In this document: piece by piece, positions 12,871-25,567 of the stretch | How the letters are laid out: every line of letters starts with the position of its first letter | Numbering within the stretch: position 1 is the stretch's first letter | Assembly (NCBI RefSeq): GCF_000143415.4 | Contig: NW_003314278.1 | Location: 78,371-142,370 of the forward strand | Direction: 5' to 3' | Length of the DNA stretch: 64,000 nt | Source: Selaginella moellendorffii | Lineage: Eukaryota > Plantae > Lycopodiophyta | Program-made: the position numbers and the translations under genes | Notes under the pieces: model-generated | Told to the model about the DNA's origin: nothing | What the model saw: the letters and a program-made list of their open reading frames with translations, nothing else | Database searches by the model: none

Positions 12871-14947
12871 TAAAAGGATTATAGCTCAGATGGCTTGGTC
12901 TAACTCTATATTACCTTGCCTCTATAATTATATGCACTTTCACCCATACTCACTCTATGCACCTAACATGGTTGTAAGTAGTGAGAACTCAACCACATCC
13001 AGGATGCATGCCCAGAACAATTCTAGAGCTGCTATAAGATCCTTGTTCTGAGCAAATGCATAGAATCACAGTCCAGGAGTGTTTTCTTGAGTATTTAATA
13101 GAATTTCTTAGTGTGGATTGTTTGTTGAGGATGGCATAGGTCTGGCACAAGGAGCACGAATATAAACATATCAACAATGATTTAAAGTTTATTTTCAGCT
13201 GCAACGCCTTCTCTAGATTGTTTGGAGGCCTTTTCCAGGGTCCTTAGCAATCACTTGTAGCAGCCAGATGAAACATATGCATACATAAAACTCCCAATGT
13301 TGCTACTTGTCAAAGGTGGCAAGTTCATTTCTACAATAGTTCATTCTTCTCTAGCCTCTCCAGTACTTAGAGGTGACATCAGCTCACTGGAACCATAGGA
13401 TCCCAGCCAAAGCATCACCTAACATGATTGTGGCCTTTTTTCACAGACAACACTATTCAACTTGTCCACCAAATTCACAATGACTTAGACTACATTCCAG
13501 ACTTTAGAGGCACTTTGTCCTAGGATCTCTCAACCTCATGATATCAAGCATAATTCTATATTTTTGCTTAAAGTTGTAGTGGGATCAAAGTTGTAGTGGG
13601 ACCTTGATGAGTTGATGTGACATGCAGCTTTAGAAACTTCATTGGTGTCTCTAGCCTCCTTCCAAACACTCTTTGTTCACTTGGAGCATGCTACAACACA
13701 ACAATATTAAGCAACTTCTGAAATCACTATCAACTTCTCTTATAGTGACTTTTTATTTCTCTTCTTTATTTTCTTTGTTGTTTTCTGTTCTTTTTTTTCA
13801 CTCTTTTCTACTTGCCTTTCTATCATTATGGTAGCAAGCTTGGGCTTAGATTTCAGTTTTGAGGTGGCATCAACTTCAATCATCTAAGAGTTCATACATT
13901 TCCTGGCTTTTCTCCCATGGTTTTCAAATTCTTCTCTATATTAGATCAATCCAGACCTCATCACCATCACTTTTATCTACTCACAACCACTATCTAGTCT
14001 ATTATCCATTTGTTGCACTTGTCCTTCCAGATGGACCAACAACTCAACTCCTCTAATACCAAAGCAAGTTGTACAATCAAACTTGTCATAGCTAGCTTAT
14101 GTGTCACCAGTCTAACAACTCGACCTAGAAGATGTAAAAGCATTAGCTAGGGCTCCACTAAACCTCTTGCCCCAAAGGTACAAGCATGACTCTCAAGCAA
14201 GAGACCTAGTTGGAAAAAAGACTATGTCAAGTTCTCTCTTGAATGCTCACAAAACTCTTAGGGCCACTAGATTTCCCCAACCAGCCAAAAAAACCACAAG
14301 AAATCATGCAATGAGGGTGTCAAGGCACTAGAGCATGTTGTATATAAGGGGACTCCCTGCATGCTAAGAAAACAATACCAACTCTCTCAGAACATAGTGG
14401 CTGAACTCAAGACACTTGTGGGGTTTCTGTGTTTAAGAGTGTTTAACAATGATTTTTAGAGTGTTTTGTCTCCCCATGTTGTTATCCACCATAACTCCAT
14501 TATCCACTAAAATCCCATCTGTAAATCCTTTTGGGCATCATTGAAAATCCTTTGGGGCATCATTTAAGATACTTCCAACCTTATACCATGTTTTGGACTT
14601 TGGGCATCATTGAAGATCCTTTATGCCCATATCATATACTTCCAAAACCTTATACTGTGTTTTGGACTTTGGGCAGCACAAACTTGCACCACCCAGTAAT
14701 GCTATAAGTCCAAGCAAAACACGCCCTAAAAAATCCTCCTTGAAGAAGTCCCTCTTTAGTTCAACTTTGCTATATTTCAGGTCTAGATAAATTAATAATG
14801 TGAAAAATTAAATGGATAAATCCTTTATGCTAATTTTAAACCGCTACTATAATAATATGGAAATACCAGAATAACATGTAAATGACGCGAAAACCTAATG
14901 TGCGCATGTAAATGGAGATTGTTCTAGCAGGCTAGGGTGAAGGCGAG

Positions 14948-17900
14948 ATGAGGAGCAAGCGCCCAGAGCTGAGGAGGGTCGCGGACAACGAGGAGGGGGA
15001 GGATGGATCCTCGGATACAAGGACGGAAGAAGAGGAAGACGAAAGAGAGGAAGAAGAGCCAAATCGGCAAACCAGGTACTCTAGACCACATTTCCTTTTC
15101 TGCAAAAGCGGCCCTGATTTGTGTGATCAGGAAGAGGAAATCGATGGAATTTCCACGGCCGTGTAGCCGATCAGATGGGAAAGGCTGGCGCTGTCCGCAA
15201 CTGGCCATGGTGAATGACAACTACTGCGAGTACCATCGCAATAAAATGCGAGAAAAGACCCAGAGGTACAAGGATCAGGTGGCAACGAAGAGAAGCAGCA
15301 AGGAGCAGCAGCCTCCTCGGGAGGAGAAGAGAAAAAAGCTGCGCCGCTGTGATCGAAAGGAAACCGACATGGCCGAAGAGCTGGGTCAGGTATTCTTTGC
15401 TGTTCTTTTCGTTTTGCGAAGAATCTCACGACCATTTCTGGTCTCAGGAAAAACTCGTCGCCATTCGCGAGAAGTTAGAGCAGTACAAGAGCTGCCACCA
15501 GTGCCAGAGAAATGACAAAGGAGATGTGGTTTTCTGCGATGGCTGCAACAAGAAGCGCTACTGCGTTAGCTGTATCAAGCGATGGCAAGAAGCTTGCGGA
15601 TTCTTTTTTCTTAGCGTGTGAAGTTTTTGTTTTCTTTTTCCAGGTACCCGGAGCTGACAGTGAAAGACGTCCAGAAGCAGTGTCCTTTCTGCCGGAGGAA
15701 CTGTAATTGCAAAGCTTGCCTACGCACTCACGGGCCGAAAGTTGTAAGTAACATTCTCGCTTGATGATCAAGTGTCCGATGCTTTCCCTTGTCTGATGTA
15801 GGTGACTGCGGAGCTGCCTCCATCCAAACAGGTGGAGCATTTTAAGTATCTCCTTTGGAAGATCTCGCGCTATCTTAAACAACTCAGCAATGAACAACGA
15901 GAGGAAGAGGAGCTCGAGAAAAACATCCAAGGCGAGTAGTTCTGCAGTTCTGTCTTCATCAGACTAACAGTACGAGATGACAGGAGAGGCATACTTGGGA
16001 GTGGAAAAGGCTCCGGTGGATTTTGACGAGCGCCTCTATTGGTTGGATCTGTTTTGCAATTTTCTGTGACTGACGGACCTCCTCTTGGCAGTGATAACTG
16101 CCGGACATCCATTGTGGACATGCATCGAAATTGTCCCGGATGCGGCTTCGACTTATGCCTCACTTGCTGTCGAGAGCTAAGGGGAAAGGCTGAGGATCCT
16201 GCTCTCGAACAGGAAGGTGGCAGCACCTGGAAAGCACACAGTGACGGAAGCATTCCCTGTCGAAACTGTGATTCGCATCCTCTGTGTTTGAAGACGCTCT
16301 TCACACACCACCATACCTCAGACCTTCAAAAGTCGATTGAGGAGTGTCTAGAAGACTACCGTCCAGATCCTGAAGTCATGGCTAACACTTGCGACTGCTC
16401 GGAAAACGCAGGCAACGTCCGCCTGGCTGCAAAGCGTGAAGGATCCAGCGACAACCACATTTACTGCCCCAGCGCAAGCGACTTGAAAGACGAGGGAGTG
16501 AAACACTTTCAGAAGCACTGGGTACGTGGTGAACCAGTTGTCGTTCGGGATGTTCTAGAGGGTACCACAGGCCTGAGTTGGGAGCCGATGGTAATGTGGA
16601 GGGCTGTACGAGAGACAAACAAGAGTAAGACTGCCGTCGAGAACAAGAGCCTCAAAGCCATCGATTGCCTGGATTGGAACCAAGTAAGACTCTTGTCGAG
16701 TTTGGTTGCAGCTCTAACGTTCCATCTTCAGGTGGAGATAAACATACATCAGTTTTTTACAGGATACCAAGAAGGCCGTGTTCATCCAGACGGTTGGCCA
16801 GAAATGTTGAAGCTGAAGGATTGGCCACCAGCGACCTTGTTCAGCGAGCGCCTCCCTCGCCATGGAACTGAGTTTCTGAACTCTCTGCCTTTCAAGGCGT
16901 ATACGCATCCCACGACTGGTATTTTCAACCTGGCGGCAAAGCTGCCTGAGAACTCGTTGAAGCCTGACCTGGGGCCCAAAACTTACATCGCGTACGGGTT
17001 TCGTGAGGAGCTTGGCAATGGAGATTCTGTCACCAAATTGCACTGTGACATTTCGGACGCGGTAAACTGCCAGCTCCATATTGTAGTTCTTCATTTTGCT
17101 GATAAAAGTTTTTAACGTGCAGGTAAATGTGTTAACGCACACCTCTGAAATAAAGTGGCAACAGAAACGCAAGGAACGGATAGAAGTTATGCGCAAAGAT
17201 CTGCGCAATATGCAAACGTCACCGAGTGAGAACACGTCTTCCGAGTGCTGTTCTTCTGGAGTCGACACTAGTCACAAGGATGAAATTTTGGTCTGTGAGG
17301 CCAAGAGCAGTACTTATGGAGGTGCCTTATGGGATATTTATAGACGAGAAGACGTTCCCAAACTCGAAGCATATCTGATGAAACATTCGACAGAGTTCAG
17401 ACACATAGGAAACTTGCCAGTTAAAGAGGTAAACGTTGAGATTCTGTATAACCATTCTTACGCTTGTTTACTCCTTTTTTTTTTACATCAGGTGCACCAT
17501 CCCATACATGATCAGATTTTTTTCTTGGACGAGAAGCATAAACTGCAGTTGAAAGAGGAGTATCGTAAGTTTTATGCTACGTTGTTTTTTAGCTAAGCTT
17601 ATGTATAGCCCTTGTTCAGAAGTAGAGCCGTGGACTTTCGAACAGCACATTGGAGAAGCAGTATTTATTCCTGCGGGCTGCCCCCACCAAGTGAGGAATT
17701 TGAAGGTAAAATGTCACCACTGAAACGAGATGTGTGATGCCGAGTTCTTCCTTTGTGGCAGTCATGCATCAAGGTCGCACTAGATTTTGTGTCTCCGGAA
17801 AATGTGCATGAGTGCATTCGTCTAACAGAGGAGTTTCGGCGACTTCCAAAGGACCATCGGGCTAAAGAAGATAAGCTGGAGGTACTGATTCTGTTTTTAG

Positions 17901-17995
17901 ACTCAGCTCTTTCTAAGTCGCAAAATTTTCAGGTAAAGAAGCTCGTCTTACATGCGGCAGGACAAACTGTCGATCTCCTTCAGAAGTTGATGTGA
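14948..17995 (+). CDS. KDM3/JHDM2-type JmjC histone H3K9 demethylase (WRC + Cys-rich RING-like + JmjC), multi-exon
   Basis: [14 protein letters not shown]...YCEYH; CHQCQRND...CDGC.KKRYC..CI.RWYP...[14 protein letters not shown]; HFQKHW.RGEPVVV; [11 protein letters not shown]; LKLKDWPP; [11 protein letters not shown]; [11 protein letters not shown]; [14 protein letters not shown]; [14 protein letters not shown]. The Fe-binding H-x-D...H triad is intact. Confidence 0.95.
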
Positions 17996-18226
17996 GTGAG
18001 TGGAGAATTTTTGCAGCGAGCGGAGCCTTTTGCTCTATCTAGACATAATTCATTTTTTGTGGTTGCAGTTTGTAAAAACAAGCTACTGTAGAGAGGTAGA
18101 GCTATCGTTGATTCGCTAAGCTCGGGTTTTAAGCTCGCGAAATTTTGGAAACGTAATCATAAAGTGGATTGAGGCCCTTTCTTGTGTTTCTTCCTTCGTC
18201 CAGAGTTATCTGGTGTGCTCGGGGCA

Positions 18227-21200
18227 ATGGCTTGTGCCAGTAAGATGATGTTCGCTTCAATTATGCAGCAGCAGCACAAGGCCGCTGTTGCAGCGGCTTT
18301 TTATGGCAACGAGCAGCGTCCCTTGCTTCAGACAAGGGTAGCGAAGACGAGCTACAAAGTTTCAGCTGGAAGAGCTCAAGTTTTCGCAGTTCAGGTACAA
18401 AATTAAGTTTTTGTGGACGTGATCACTGTTTTTGTTTTGCGATCAGGGGCAGCAGCAGCTCACACAGCTTGAGTTACAGCAGCATCAGCCCCAGCGTGTT
18501 TATACATTCGGAAAGGGGCTCAGTCAAGGGGACAAGAGCATGAAGTCTCTGGTAAAAAATAATAGTTTCTCCTTATCTTGAAATGTATGATCGCTGTTCT
18601 TATCCTCTCAGCTTGGTGGCAAAGGTGCAAACCTCGCAGAAATGTCGAGCATAGGCCTGTCTGTACCTCCGGGACTTACCATCACCACAGAAACCTGTCA
18701 CGACTACTTTGACAACGGAAAGAAATTCCCTTCTGGCCTGTGGGAGGAAGTTCTAGCTGCACTCAGCGTTGTGGAGCGAGAAATGAATGCCTCGCTGGGA
18801 AATCCCACTGCGCCACTGCTGGTTTCTGTACGGTCAGGTGCTGCGGTTAGTGTTTCTAGCTTTTATTCTTTCTCGGTTCTGCAGGGTGGTGTTAGTGTTG
18901 ACTGTATGAAATGCAGTTGTCAATGCCGGGAATGATGGACACGGTGTTAAATCTGGGGCTCAACGACGAGGTTGCTGCCGGCCTAGGCCAGATAAGCGGC
19001 GAGAGATTTGCGTATGATTCTTATCGTCGCTTCCTCGACATGTTTGGTGATGTGGTAAGTCATATGTATGCCGTCTCTGGAAAGGTCCTTACTTTAAGTT
19101 GCAGGTGATGAATATTCCGCATTCACTGTTTGAGCATGAGCTGGAAACGATGAAGGCTGCGAGAGGGACAACGCTTGACACGGACCTCACCACGGAGGAT
19201 CTTAAAGAGCTTGTTGAGAAATACAAGGCGGTTTACTCTAAAGCAACTGGCAAAGAGTTTCCTTCTGGTATGTATTTGTCTTCTTATGCTTTTATTGACA
19301 GGCCTTCTTGTCTAAGCAGATCCAAAAGAGCAACTTAAGCTTGCCATTGTGGCTGTCTTCGAGTCGTGGAACAGTCCTCGTGCCATCAAGTATCGCAGTA
19401 TCAACCAAATCAGTGGTTTGCGAGGCACGGCTGTTAATGTCCAAGCTATGGTTTTTGGAAATATGGGACTTGACTCGGGTACCGGGGTGCTGTTTACTCG
19501 CAATCCTAGCACTGGGGAAAGGAAGCTCTATGGCGAGTACCTGATTAACGCACAGGTTTTTAATCTATAGTTGTATCTATGATGACTTTGAAAGTATGAT
19601 GGGTGCAGGGAGAGGACGTGGTGGCTGGGATCAGGACGCCGGAGGATATTGATGTCATGAAAGAACGCTTGCCTGGTGCTTATGCGGAGCTAGTGAAGAA
19701 CTGTGAAATACTGGAAAACCACTACAAGGATATGATGGTTAGGACGCAGTATATATATATGCCATGTTCTAATAATTCTCCTGGTGATGTTCAGGACATC
19801 GAATTCACTGTTCAATCAAACAGGTTGTGGATGCTGCAGTGCCGCTCCGGGAAACGAACTGGTGCTGGAGCGGTAAAGATTGCTGTCGACATGGTTGGCG
19901 AAAAGCTTGTGGACACCAAAACCGCTGTGAACATGGTCGAGCCTAGACACCTGGACCAGCTCCTTCATCCTCAGGTAGAAAGATTTGTTTCTCTCCTTCA
20001 CAATTCCTTCGTTTTCCTTCTACAGTTCGAGAATCCTGCTGCATACAAAGATTATGTCATAGGTTCTGGTCTTCCTGCTTCACCTGGTGCCGCAGTCGGG
20101 CAGCTCGTTTTCAGTGCCGAAGATGCAGAAGCCTGGCATGCTCAAGGGAAAAGCTGTATTCTGGTATTCTTCACGCAGCGTCATTTATCTGTCTTAGTGA
20201 TCTTTAATCCTTTTCAGGTAAGAAACGAGACGAGTCCAGAAGACGTTGGAGGCATGAATGCTGCCGCCGGCATTCTTACTGCACGCGGAGGGATGACGTC
20301 TCATGCTGCTGTTGTTGCCCGAGGCTGGGGAAAGTGCTGTGTTGCTGGATGCTCGGAGCTTCGAGTGAACGACGCACAGAAGGTAAAGAGTGCCAAGCGT
20401 TCTGGTTTTGAAACTTACTTTACAGACAATGTCGCTGGGAAACACGGTACTGAAAGAAGGTGACTGGATTTCGTTGAATGGGACAACGGGCGAGGTTATT
20501 GTGGGAAGGCAGGATTTGTCGCCTCCGGTACTTAGTGGTGACCTTGAGACTCTCATGCGCTGGGTTGATGATTATCGGAAGCTCAAGGTATGAGAAGTAA
20601 AGATGCACAATTAAACATGGACATGCGTTCAGGTTATGGCCAATGCCGATACTCCTGCGGATGCGCTCACTGCTAGAAACAACGGTGCTCAAGGTATCGG
20701 ATTGTGCAGAACAGAACACATGGTACGTGAGCTCTCTTATGCTCTTTTCTCGAGCTAGCCATGCGCGTTCAGTTCTTTGCTTCAGATGAGAGGATCAAGG
20801 CTGTGAGGCAGATGATCATGGCATCCACGCTCGAACACAGGCAAGCAGCTCTGGACAAGCTTCTACCATACCAACGATCAGACTTTGAAGGAATTTTTCG
20901 CGTCATGGATGGTAAGTGCGCAGCTTGGTAGTTTTAGTCACTAACCTGTGTTTCTTGCCAACAAGAATGTAGGTCTTCCGGTCACCATACGTTTGCTTGA
21001 TCCTCCATTACACGAGTTCCTTCCCGAAGGTGACATTGACGAGATTGTGGAAGAGCTTGCTGCGGAAACTGGTGTCCGCGAGGAAGATGTTCTACTTCGA
21101 GTTGAAAAGTTGTCCGAGGTGAACCCGATGCTGGGTTTCCGAGGCTGCAGGTATATTTCAAACATGAGAGTTTTAGTGGAGATTCTACGTTAGATGTTCT

Positions 21201-22090
21201 CAGGCTGGGAGTTTCGTATCCGGAGCTTACAGAAATGCAAGCTCGTGCCATCTTCGAAGCGGCTATAGCAATGTCCAATCAAGGCGTTAAAGTCCACCCT
21301 GAAATAATGGTTCCTCTTGTGGGGACTCCTCAGGTTCGTCGAGTTTTTGTGCAAGCTAATGTTTTGTCACGATTATCCTGTATACAGGAACTCGGAAACC
21401 AAGTTTCTGCAATCCACGGTGTAGCGGAAAGAGTCTTCTCGGAAGTTGGCAAAAGCCTGCCATACAAGATTGGAACTATGATCGAAATCCCTCGGGCAGC
21501 ACTCGTTGCAGACGAGGTAACAGAATCTCCCGTGGTTTTGTTTGCTTGATTCGGTGACACGCTAGATTGCATCACACGCGGAGTTTTTCTCTTTCGGCAC
21601 CAACGACCTGACGCAAATGACGTTTGGCTATAGCCGAGACGACGTGAGCAAGTTCTTACCCGTCTACCTCTCGCAAGGCATTCTACAGCATGATCCATTC
21701 GAGGTGCACGCATGACGTTTCACGAGGCTTTTCTTATACTTTTTTGTTCTTCCGGATCTCAGGTTCTTGACCAGAGAGGCGTCGGCCAACTTATCAGCAT
21801 TGCGACCGAGCGAGGCAGAAAAGCCAGGGATGGCTTGAAGGTGAAACGAGCTAAGTTGTGTGATTCATGGCTGACCGCCTGTGTAACATCAGGTAGGAGT
21901 TTGTGGAGAGCACGGTGGGGAGCCCATGTCCGTAGAGTTCTTCCATGAAGCGGGTCTAGACTACGTTTCGTGCTCGCCTTTCAGGTAAGAAAGAGAGAAA
22001 GAAAAGAAGATAATTCTAATGCAAATTTTTGTTTGATGTAGAGTGCCAATTGCGAGACTTGCTGCTGCGCAGGCAGCTACCAAGAAGTAG
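18227..22090 (+). CDS. PPDK: Pyruvate, orthophosphate dikinase with N-terminal transit peptide, multi-exon
   Basis: [65 protein letters not shown] (regulatory Thr and catalytic His), [58 protein letters not shown]. Stop at 22088-22090. Confidence 0.97.
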
Positions 22091-22197
22091 AATCGCAAGG
22101 AATTCATTCATGAAACTCTACTGACACTAAAAACTATACATACTGTAAATAATCTGCACGAACCGTGATTGTAAATGACTGGTGTTTATTTGTTTTT

Positions 22198-23483
22198 CTA
22201 GTCGTCTCCACTCAATCCTTCTCGCAAGCTTTCGAGTAGCTCTTGCGGCGAACTTAGAGCCTCTCTTTTCAGGTAGACGGCGTCCGCCCCCGACACCTTC
22301 ATCTGCCGTGCCTCCTCCATCGAAGCAACGCCCTAGACGAGAAGAAAAAACTGAGTTGGAGTGCGAGGAGAGGAGCTTAGACTCACCACAATGGATGCGG
22401 CTCCGAAGGGGAGCTTTTGAACCAGAGACTTGGCGATGTCCTGCCGAAAGCCTGGTATTGGAACCTGCAGGAGAAGGGAAAGAGCTTGATACTGATGGCA
22501 GGAGAGCAAAAATTATGTCAATCAACGCACCGCAACTCCAACTGAGATGTTGAAACCGAAGAGCGGGATGCCGAGTGTGGAGAGTTCCTCAAGTTCCTTG
22601 AGATTGACGACCTGAAAGTTTCTGATTTAATCTTGGTTTCAGAAAAAGGAGCTCACCTCCACAACTGCGTCAAGTCCAGCTGTAGCTATGTAGCGCAGAA
22701 TGGATGGCGTTCCTGCAAATCGAAGAGTTTGATTTTTTTTTTAGAGCTTGCGGAAACACACGTACCTTTGGAAAGAACTGAGTAGACGGCCGTGAGAGCA
22801 GCAGCACCGGATTCCCGAGTATCGATTATCTATGCAAAACAAAGCTTTGTGCTCGATACACAATTATGGATTGGCTACCTGTATCGGATGAATGATCCAA
22901 TCTTTGCGAAGAACTGGGACCTCCACCGCTGCACATCCGAGGAATTACTTCGCACAAACTTAGGAAACCAACGTCAAGGAGAACACAACATAGAAAGAAA
23001 GAAAGAAGAATCGCTACCTTTCGAAACAGCTTCCAGATCCAAAACTCCATCTGGCGATACTTCTTCGTCAGTGCAAACCGAGATGGCGTCAGCTCCTGGA
23101 CAAGGAAGCAAACACTCGAATCACGCCGCAAAGAAAAAGAGAGAACGAAAAGAATCCATACCCCATGTAACATAGTCCTGGCTCCTTTGCGCAACGCCCT
23201 CTGGCTTCTCCGCCGGAGAGGCCCGCGCGACCTCGGCCACGATCGCCGTGCGGCCCTGCATTGTGCTGGCGACGATCTTCTGCAGCAACCGGTGCTGGGG
23301 CGGCGGCAATCTCTGGAGTCCCTGCAGCCGCGACTGGAGCTGCCGCTCCTGCTCGTCCATGGCGGCCAGGCGCGCCTCCAGGATCCGCTGCTTGTTGCGC
23401 AGCAGCGAGGTGAGGCGCCGCTGGTGCTGCTGCTCCTCCGGGGACGCCGACGCCAGGCAAATCCGCCACGCCGGGATCGCCAT
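22198..23483 (-). CDS. Divergent indole-3-glycerol-phosphate synthase (TrpC)-fold protein, 287 aa, 8 exons
   Basis: Manual splice model, all GT-AG: 23483-23162, 23095-23018, 22928-22879, 22829-22766, 22712-22657, 22611-22531, 22464-22387, 22332-22198. Gives IVAEVARASP...GADAISVCTD...VPVLRKDWIIHPIQ...GLDAVVEVVN...LFGFNIS...SGADAVYL, collinear with IGPS motifs. Confidence 0.88.
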
Positions 23484-23623
23484 TCGCAAGAGCCCTAAAT
23501 TCACCCAAAAAGCCCTAAGTGTTTATAAATTTGGCGCCAAATAAAACACCAGTGTTTACCAGTCAAATAGTGAATAGTCAACAGTAGCATGCGCGACCCG
23601 GATCTTTAGTCTTTGCTTTGGCG
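23484..23623. promoter_or_regulatory. Putative 140-bp bidirectional promoter (IGPS-like / UGT-A)
   Basis: Divergent ATGs at 23483 (-) and 23624 (+), with palindromic tttataaa at ~23522. Confidence 0.5.
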
Positions 23624-25028
23624 ATGGCAGACGAGCAGCGTCTTCACATAGCAGCGCTTCCCTGCGATGGATCCGGCCATATCAATCCCATGCTCGAGCT
23701 TTGCCGCCGCCTCGTCCCGCTGGGATTTCACGTAAGTTTTGTTCTTCCCAGGAATCTGTGCTCCAAGGTGGAGTCGAGCCTGCGAGAAGATGACCTCCAC
23801 ATCGATCTGGTGCCGAGCCCAGCCACGGACGTGTCACTGATCATAGCTGCGGAGCTCCAAGAGGAAGTGAAAGCGGTTCTAGAGGCCATCCGACCACCGG
23901 TGAAGTGCCTAATCTCTGATTGCTTCTTGGGCTGGTCGCAGGACGTCGCCGCGAGCCTGGGAATCCCACAGATCGCCTTAAACACCAGTCACGCGATCAA
24001 TGAGGTGCTCTTCTACCATATCCCAGAGCTCGAGTCCCGGGGTTATATTCCTGCCAGTGGTAAGAACTAAAGTTTCGGTTTTGAGAAGAAAGGAGGATGT
24101 TTTACTCATACCTCTGCGCGTCCTTTCCTCTCTTTCAGGCAACCCTGACCACCAAACTTTGATCGACTTCATTCCCGGCCTCGAGCCTTTCCCGAGGAGA
24201 TTGCTTCCTCTTAGCTTCCAGCGCGGCGGTCCTGTTGTGCTTCTTCTGGGAGCTGCTGCCAAGCGAACAAAGGGAGCTGCGTGTGTTCTCGTCAACTCCA
24301 TCGAGGAGCTGGATCACGAACTTGTGACTTCGCGCAGGAAAGAGTTTCCCAACTATCTGCCAGTCGGACCACTCGTACCTCATGCGCTTCTGCAAGAGCA
24401 CGAAACTATCAGTTCTCCAGAAGAAGACACTAGTATCAGCTGGTTGGACAAACAACCTCACCGCTCGGTTCTCTACATCGCCTTCGGAAGCGTCATCTCC
24501 CTCCCGGCTGATCAAGTGGAGAAGATCGCTAAAGCTGTGCAAGCCACTCACCAGCCAGTCTTGTGGGCGATCAGACGAAACTTTGCAAGCGACGCACCTG
24601 AAAACTTCTTCGAAAGCCTGCAAGAAAAAGTTGGAGAGCACAGTTTAGTTGTGGAATGGGCTCCACAAGTGCCTGTCTTGCGCCAGTCCGCAGTTGGAGC
24701 CTTCTTAACGCACTGTGGATGGAACTCGGTGCTAGAGGCCCTGCTCTGTGGAGTACCAACACTTTGCTGGCCGTGCGCCTACGAGCAGAACTCGAATGCT
24801 CATGTAATGACGGAGAAGTGGAAGACTGGGGTGAAGTTGGCTGATGGTCCCGACGATGATGTCAAATGCGAAGACTTGGAGAAGATCATAGATACTGTAA
24901 TGAATGGCGAAGAAGGAAAAGCAATGAGACGCAGAGCCGAAGCTCTCAAGGAGATTGTGAGGACAAGTACTTGCCACGAGAAAAACATTCGGCAACTCAA
25001 GAACGTGATTGTAGCCGCTTCTCAGTAG
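23624..25028 (+). CDS. Family-1 UDP-glycosyltransferase UGT-A (~441 aa, intron 24060-24138)
   Basis: Catalytic GHINP and ISD; PSPG box WAPQVPVLRQSAVGAFLTHCGWNSVLEALLCGVPTLCWPCAYEQ. Confidence 0.95.
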
Positions 25029-25326
25029 ACAATCTCCAGGCATCGCTGCTCTGGAGAAGCTCCACTCACTTTAACGAAAGTCAGCAAAAAGAGGAGAGAA
25101 AAGAAAAAAGAAAATACATACCTTTGAGAGGAGCTTCCACATCGATCACTGATCTCGAAGCAGAAACATCGCTGGTCTGGAGAAGAAGCTCCACCCATGA
25201 AAAATAAAAAATCTAGCACTTTCTACAGAGCTCTCTTACCTTGAAGATTAAGATCGATGAAGAAATCTCCAAACGGGCAAAGAAAACTTCGAAAAGGTGG
25301 AACCAAAGTTAGCGAGATCACACAGC

Positions 25327-25327
<1 letters not shown>

Positions 25328-25358
<31 letters not shown>
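25328..25358. repeat. (AG)n microsatellite, ~15 units
   Basis: Directly visible dinucleotide run. Confidence 0.95.
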
Positions 25359-25361
<3 letters not shown>

Positions 25362-25567
25362 GCATACCTTGAAAGCAGCTTCCACATCCATTTGGCAATG
25401 CCCTGGCAAACGCAACGAATAATCAATGAATCGAAAGAACCACTACATTTACCCCGGATTTTCGCCAAAGATCTTCGGTCGCCGCCCGGCGCTGCTTTTT
25501 CTCGCGTCCACCCCTTGGATCCATGGCCGCTCCCCTCCTTCCTTCCCCCCAAAAACCAAACTTTAAA

